Source of the DNA: Candidatus Sulfomarinibacter kjeldsenii
GTDB taxonomy: Bacteria; Acidobacteriota; Thermoanaerobaculia; Thermoanaerobaculales; Sulfomarinibacteraceae
Assembly (NCBI GenBank): GCA_014764485.1
Contig: JACXWA010000120.1
Span: 1 to 50,652 of the forward strand
Length of the DNA: 50,652 nucleotides
Reading direction: 5' to 3'
The notes beneath the pieces were generated by a model. That model made no database searches. It was not told where the DNA came from and saw only the letters and a list, made by a program, of their open reading frames with translations. The translations under genes and the position numbers were made by a program. Of this stretch, positions 48,288 to 50,652 are shown piece after piece (the first letter of the stretch is position 1; each line of letters starts with the position of its first letter).

Positions 48288-49621
48288 TGACCGAAACCAT
48301 CGTGCGCCGCCGGACCCAATTGGAGGTCGACGAGACGAGCCGTCTGTCCCTTCATGCCATTCGCTCTTCCGAGGCGACCCGTCGCCGGAAGGTGGAGGAG
48401 GATCCGTCGGACATTCGACTGGCGTTCCAGCGTGATCGCGATCGAATCCTTCACTCGCGCGCCTTCCGTCGCCTCAAGCACAAGACCCAGGTCTTCGTTC
48501 CTCATGTTGGAGATCATCCGCGCACCCGCCTCACCCACACCCTGGAAGTCGGTCAGCTGGCACGCACGATTGCCCGCGCGCTCGGCCTCAACGAGGACCT
48601 CGCGGAAGCCGCAGCACTGGGCCATGACCTCGGACATACGGCCTTTGGCCACACCGGCGAATCAGTCCTCGACGAGATCCTTCGCGGCGTCAACCATGAG
48701 TTTTCGCTTCCCGAGAACGTCTCCTCTGCGGTTGGCAGGTTCAAACACAACTACCAGTCACTGCGAGTGGTCGACCTCTTTGAGCGTCGCTATGACCTCC
48801 CAGGCCTCAACCTCTCGGACCAGGTCCGGGAGGCCATTCTCAAACATACTTCATGGAAGGTGGATTACCCATTTCCGGTACCTGATCCTGGCGGCCTTTT
48901 TCTCGATAAACCGTGCCACTTCGAGGGCCAGGCGGTGGCGGTGGCCGACGAGATTGCGCAGCAGACCCACGATCTCGAGGATGGCTTGAGAGCCGGGTCG
49001 GTGGATCTGGAAACAGTCGAGGAGCTGGCGGTCTCGCAACGGGTGATCTCGGAGATTGGATCGGACCCGTATTTCAGAAACCAGCCCTGGATTCGCCAAA
49101 ACAGTCTCATCCGCGGTCTCATCCGACTCTTTGTCCTGGACGTCGTCGAGTCCTCGGCAGCACGAATCGACCGTTTTCTCGGACGCCATGAAATCTCCGA
49201 CCACGAGAGCTTCTCGGGGCAGGCTCGGGAGGTGTCGCAGACAACGGTTTGGATGTCGGCCGAGGTCGAGGAGTTCTTTTTAGAGCTCAAGGGCTTCATC
49301 TACGCGAAGATCATCAATCAAGGACCGGTCAGCCGCCAGGATTGGCGGGCGCGGAAGGTGGTCACCGCCCTCTTTGGGGCCTACTGGTCGGAACCGACAA
49401 TTCTGCCCGACTACCTCCTGATGCGCGCCACTGAAGAGCTCGATCTCCCCCATATCCGCGATCTTCCGCTGAAACGCGTTGCGGCAACCGTCGCCGAACG
49501 GTACCATTCGACTCCTGGCTTCGCGCGACTCATCGTGGACCATCTGGCGGGGATGAGCGATCGCTTCGCCCTCGAGGAGTACCGCACCTTGCAGTTGCCG
49601 TCGCCGGACCAGGATATTTAG
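48284..49621 (+). CDS. dgt: dNTP triphosphohydrolase (dGTPase family, HD domain)
   Basis: FQRDRDRILHS.AFRRLKHKTQV, RTRLTHTLEV, HDLGH..FGH.GE, ADEIA..HDLED. Confidence 0.93.
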   Translation: MMTETIVRRRTQLEVDETSRLSLHAIRSSEATRRRKVEEDPSDIRLAFQRDRDRILHSRAFRRLKHKTQVFVPHVGDHPRTRLTHTLEVGQLARTIARALGLNEDLAEAAALGHDLGHTAFGHTGESVLDEILRGVNHEFSLPENVSSAVGRFKHNYQSLRVVDLFERRYDLPGLNLSDQVREAILKHTSWKVDYPFPVPDPGGLFLDKPCHFEGQAVAVADEIAQQTHDLEDGLRAGSVDLETVEELAVSQRVISEIGSDPYFRNQPWIRQNSLIRGLIRLFVLDVVESSAARIDRFLGRHEISDHESFSGQAREVSQTTVWMSAEVEEFFLELKGFIYAKIINQGPVSRQDWRARKVVTALFGAYWSEPTILPDYLLMRATEELDLPHIRDLPLKRVAATVAERYHSTPGFARLIVDHLAGMSDRFALEEYRTLQLPSPDQDI

Positions 49622-49630
49622 GAGGACTCC

Positions 49631-50068
49631 ATGATTGTCATCGCCTCCGACCACGCGGGAGTCGACCTCAAGGCGCGGATCGTCGAGCTCATCGGCGGGG
49701 CCGGGCATGACGTTCGTGACCTCGGTCCTACAGCAACGACTTCAGTCGATTATCCAGACTTCGCACACGCCGTAGCCAGGGCCGTGGCTGCGGGTGAGGC
49801 CGAGCTGGGAATCTTGATTTGCGGTACCGGCATCGGCATGAGCCTGGCTGCCAACCGTCACCCACACGTACGAGCCGCCCTGTGCCACGACGCCTTCACC
49901 GCCGAAATGGCGCGACGCCACAACGACGCCAACGTACTTTGCATCGGTGCGCGGTCAACTGGTTCAGGAGTGGCGGAACAGATGGTAGGAATCTTCCTCG
50001 AGACCGCCTTCGAGGGCGACCGCCATCAGCGACGGATAGATTTAATTGAGATCGAGCGGGGGAATTGA
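49631..50068 (+). CDS. rpiB: Ribose 5-phosphate isomerase B
   Basis: [39 protein letters not shown]. Confidence 0.96.
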   Translation: MIVIASDHAGVDLKARIVELIGGAGHDVRDLGPTATTSVDYPDFAHAVARAVAAGEAELGILICGTGIGMSLAANRHPHVRAALCHDAFTAEMARRHNDANVLCIGARSTGSGVAEQMVGIFLETAFEGDRHQRRIDLIEIERGN

Positions 50069-50652
50069 TGACCGACAACCTCAAGGAACAGTTTTTTTCA
50101 GTTCACAACCAACTGGTCGAAGCGGCTGACCCCGAGGTGGCTCAGGCCCTCGAGAACGAACGGCTTCGGCAGAACGAGGGTCTCGAGCTGATTGCTTCGG
50201 AGAACTTCGTGACCCCAGCGGTGATGGCTGCGATGGGCTCGGTGATGACCAATAAGTATGCGGAGGGCTACCCCGGTCGCCGCTACTACGGCGGTTGCCA
50301 GTTCGTAGACATCGCCGAAGAGCTCGCGCGGGAGCGGGCCAAGGAGCTCTTTGGCGCCGATCACGCCAATGTTCAGCCGCATTCAGGTGCCCAGGCCAAC
50401 ATGGGTGTCTACTTGGCGGTCATGCAGCCTGGTGACACCCTGCTTGGTATGGACCTCACCCATGGAGGTCACCTCACCCACGGCCATCCTCTCAACTACT
50501 CGGGCAAGGAGTTCGAGGTCGTTGCCTACGGGGTCGACAAGGAGACCGAGACCATCGACTACGAGCGCCTGCGCGAGCTCGCGCTCGAGAACAAGCCGAA
50601 GCTCATCGTCTGTGGTGCCTCCGCATACCCCCGGACGATCGATTTCGAGCGT
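50068..50652 (+). CDS. glyA: Serine hydroxymethyltransferase (5' part; runs off window)
   Basis: Not in ORF track; [44 protein letters not shown]. Confidence 0.97.
   Translation, partial: MTDNLKEQFFSVHNQLVEAADPEVAQALENERLRQNEGLELIASENFVTPAVMAAMGSVMTNKYAEGYPGRRYYGGCQFVDIAEELARERAKELFGADHANVQPHSGAQANMGVYLAVMQPGDTLLGMDLTHGGHLTHGHPLNYSGKEFEVVAYGVDKETETIDYERLRELALENKPKLIVCGASAYPRTIDFER

Noticed and set aside
50091-50098. T7 run near the start of glyA as a phase-variation or frameshift site
   Set aside because: The reading frame is intact (CAG TTT TTT TCA) and the run is short
1-50652. Anti-phage defence, prophage, IS or tRNA genes
   Set aside because: None recognised; the dGTPase sits in a housekeeping accD-folC-rpiB-glyA operon rather than a defence island

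Overview
A roughly 60% GC, gene-dense bacterial chromosome segment with about 55 CDSs. I found no rRNA, tRNA, CRISPR array, transposase or prophage. Gene content and protein style suggest Acidobacteriota, probably Thermoanaerobaculia-like (inference). Most genes are housekeeping: ppiD/surA, ruvAB, ruvC-yebC, cysK, pta, purDE, udk, tyrS, rlmN, ftsEX, accD-folC-dgt-rpiB-glyA, tatA, fur and ferritin. Two edge genes are missing from the ORF track: a FecR-domain protein (1..1298, minus) and glyA (50068..end). The most unusual content is a set of myxobacteria-like signalling genes. (1) An MglA-type small GTPase is fused to a GAF domain and a histidine-kinase core whose phospho-acceptor His is Leu, next to a DUF4388/PATAN gene. 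(2) An exbB-exbD-exbD-tonB-DUF4388-TPR operon has no receptor or TolB/Pal. (3) A pseudo-receiver/Ser-Thr kinase/TM/TonB-C fusion lies nearby. Non-coding signals include a heptamer-repeat hairpin between ruvA and ruvB, a near-consensus sigma-54 promoter, tandem GntR operators, a probable deletion scar joining two respiratory-type membrane genes, and many apparently leaderless genes. All family calls come from motif recognition, not database searches.
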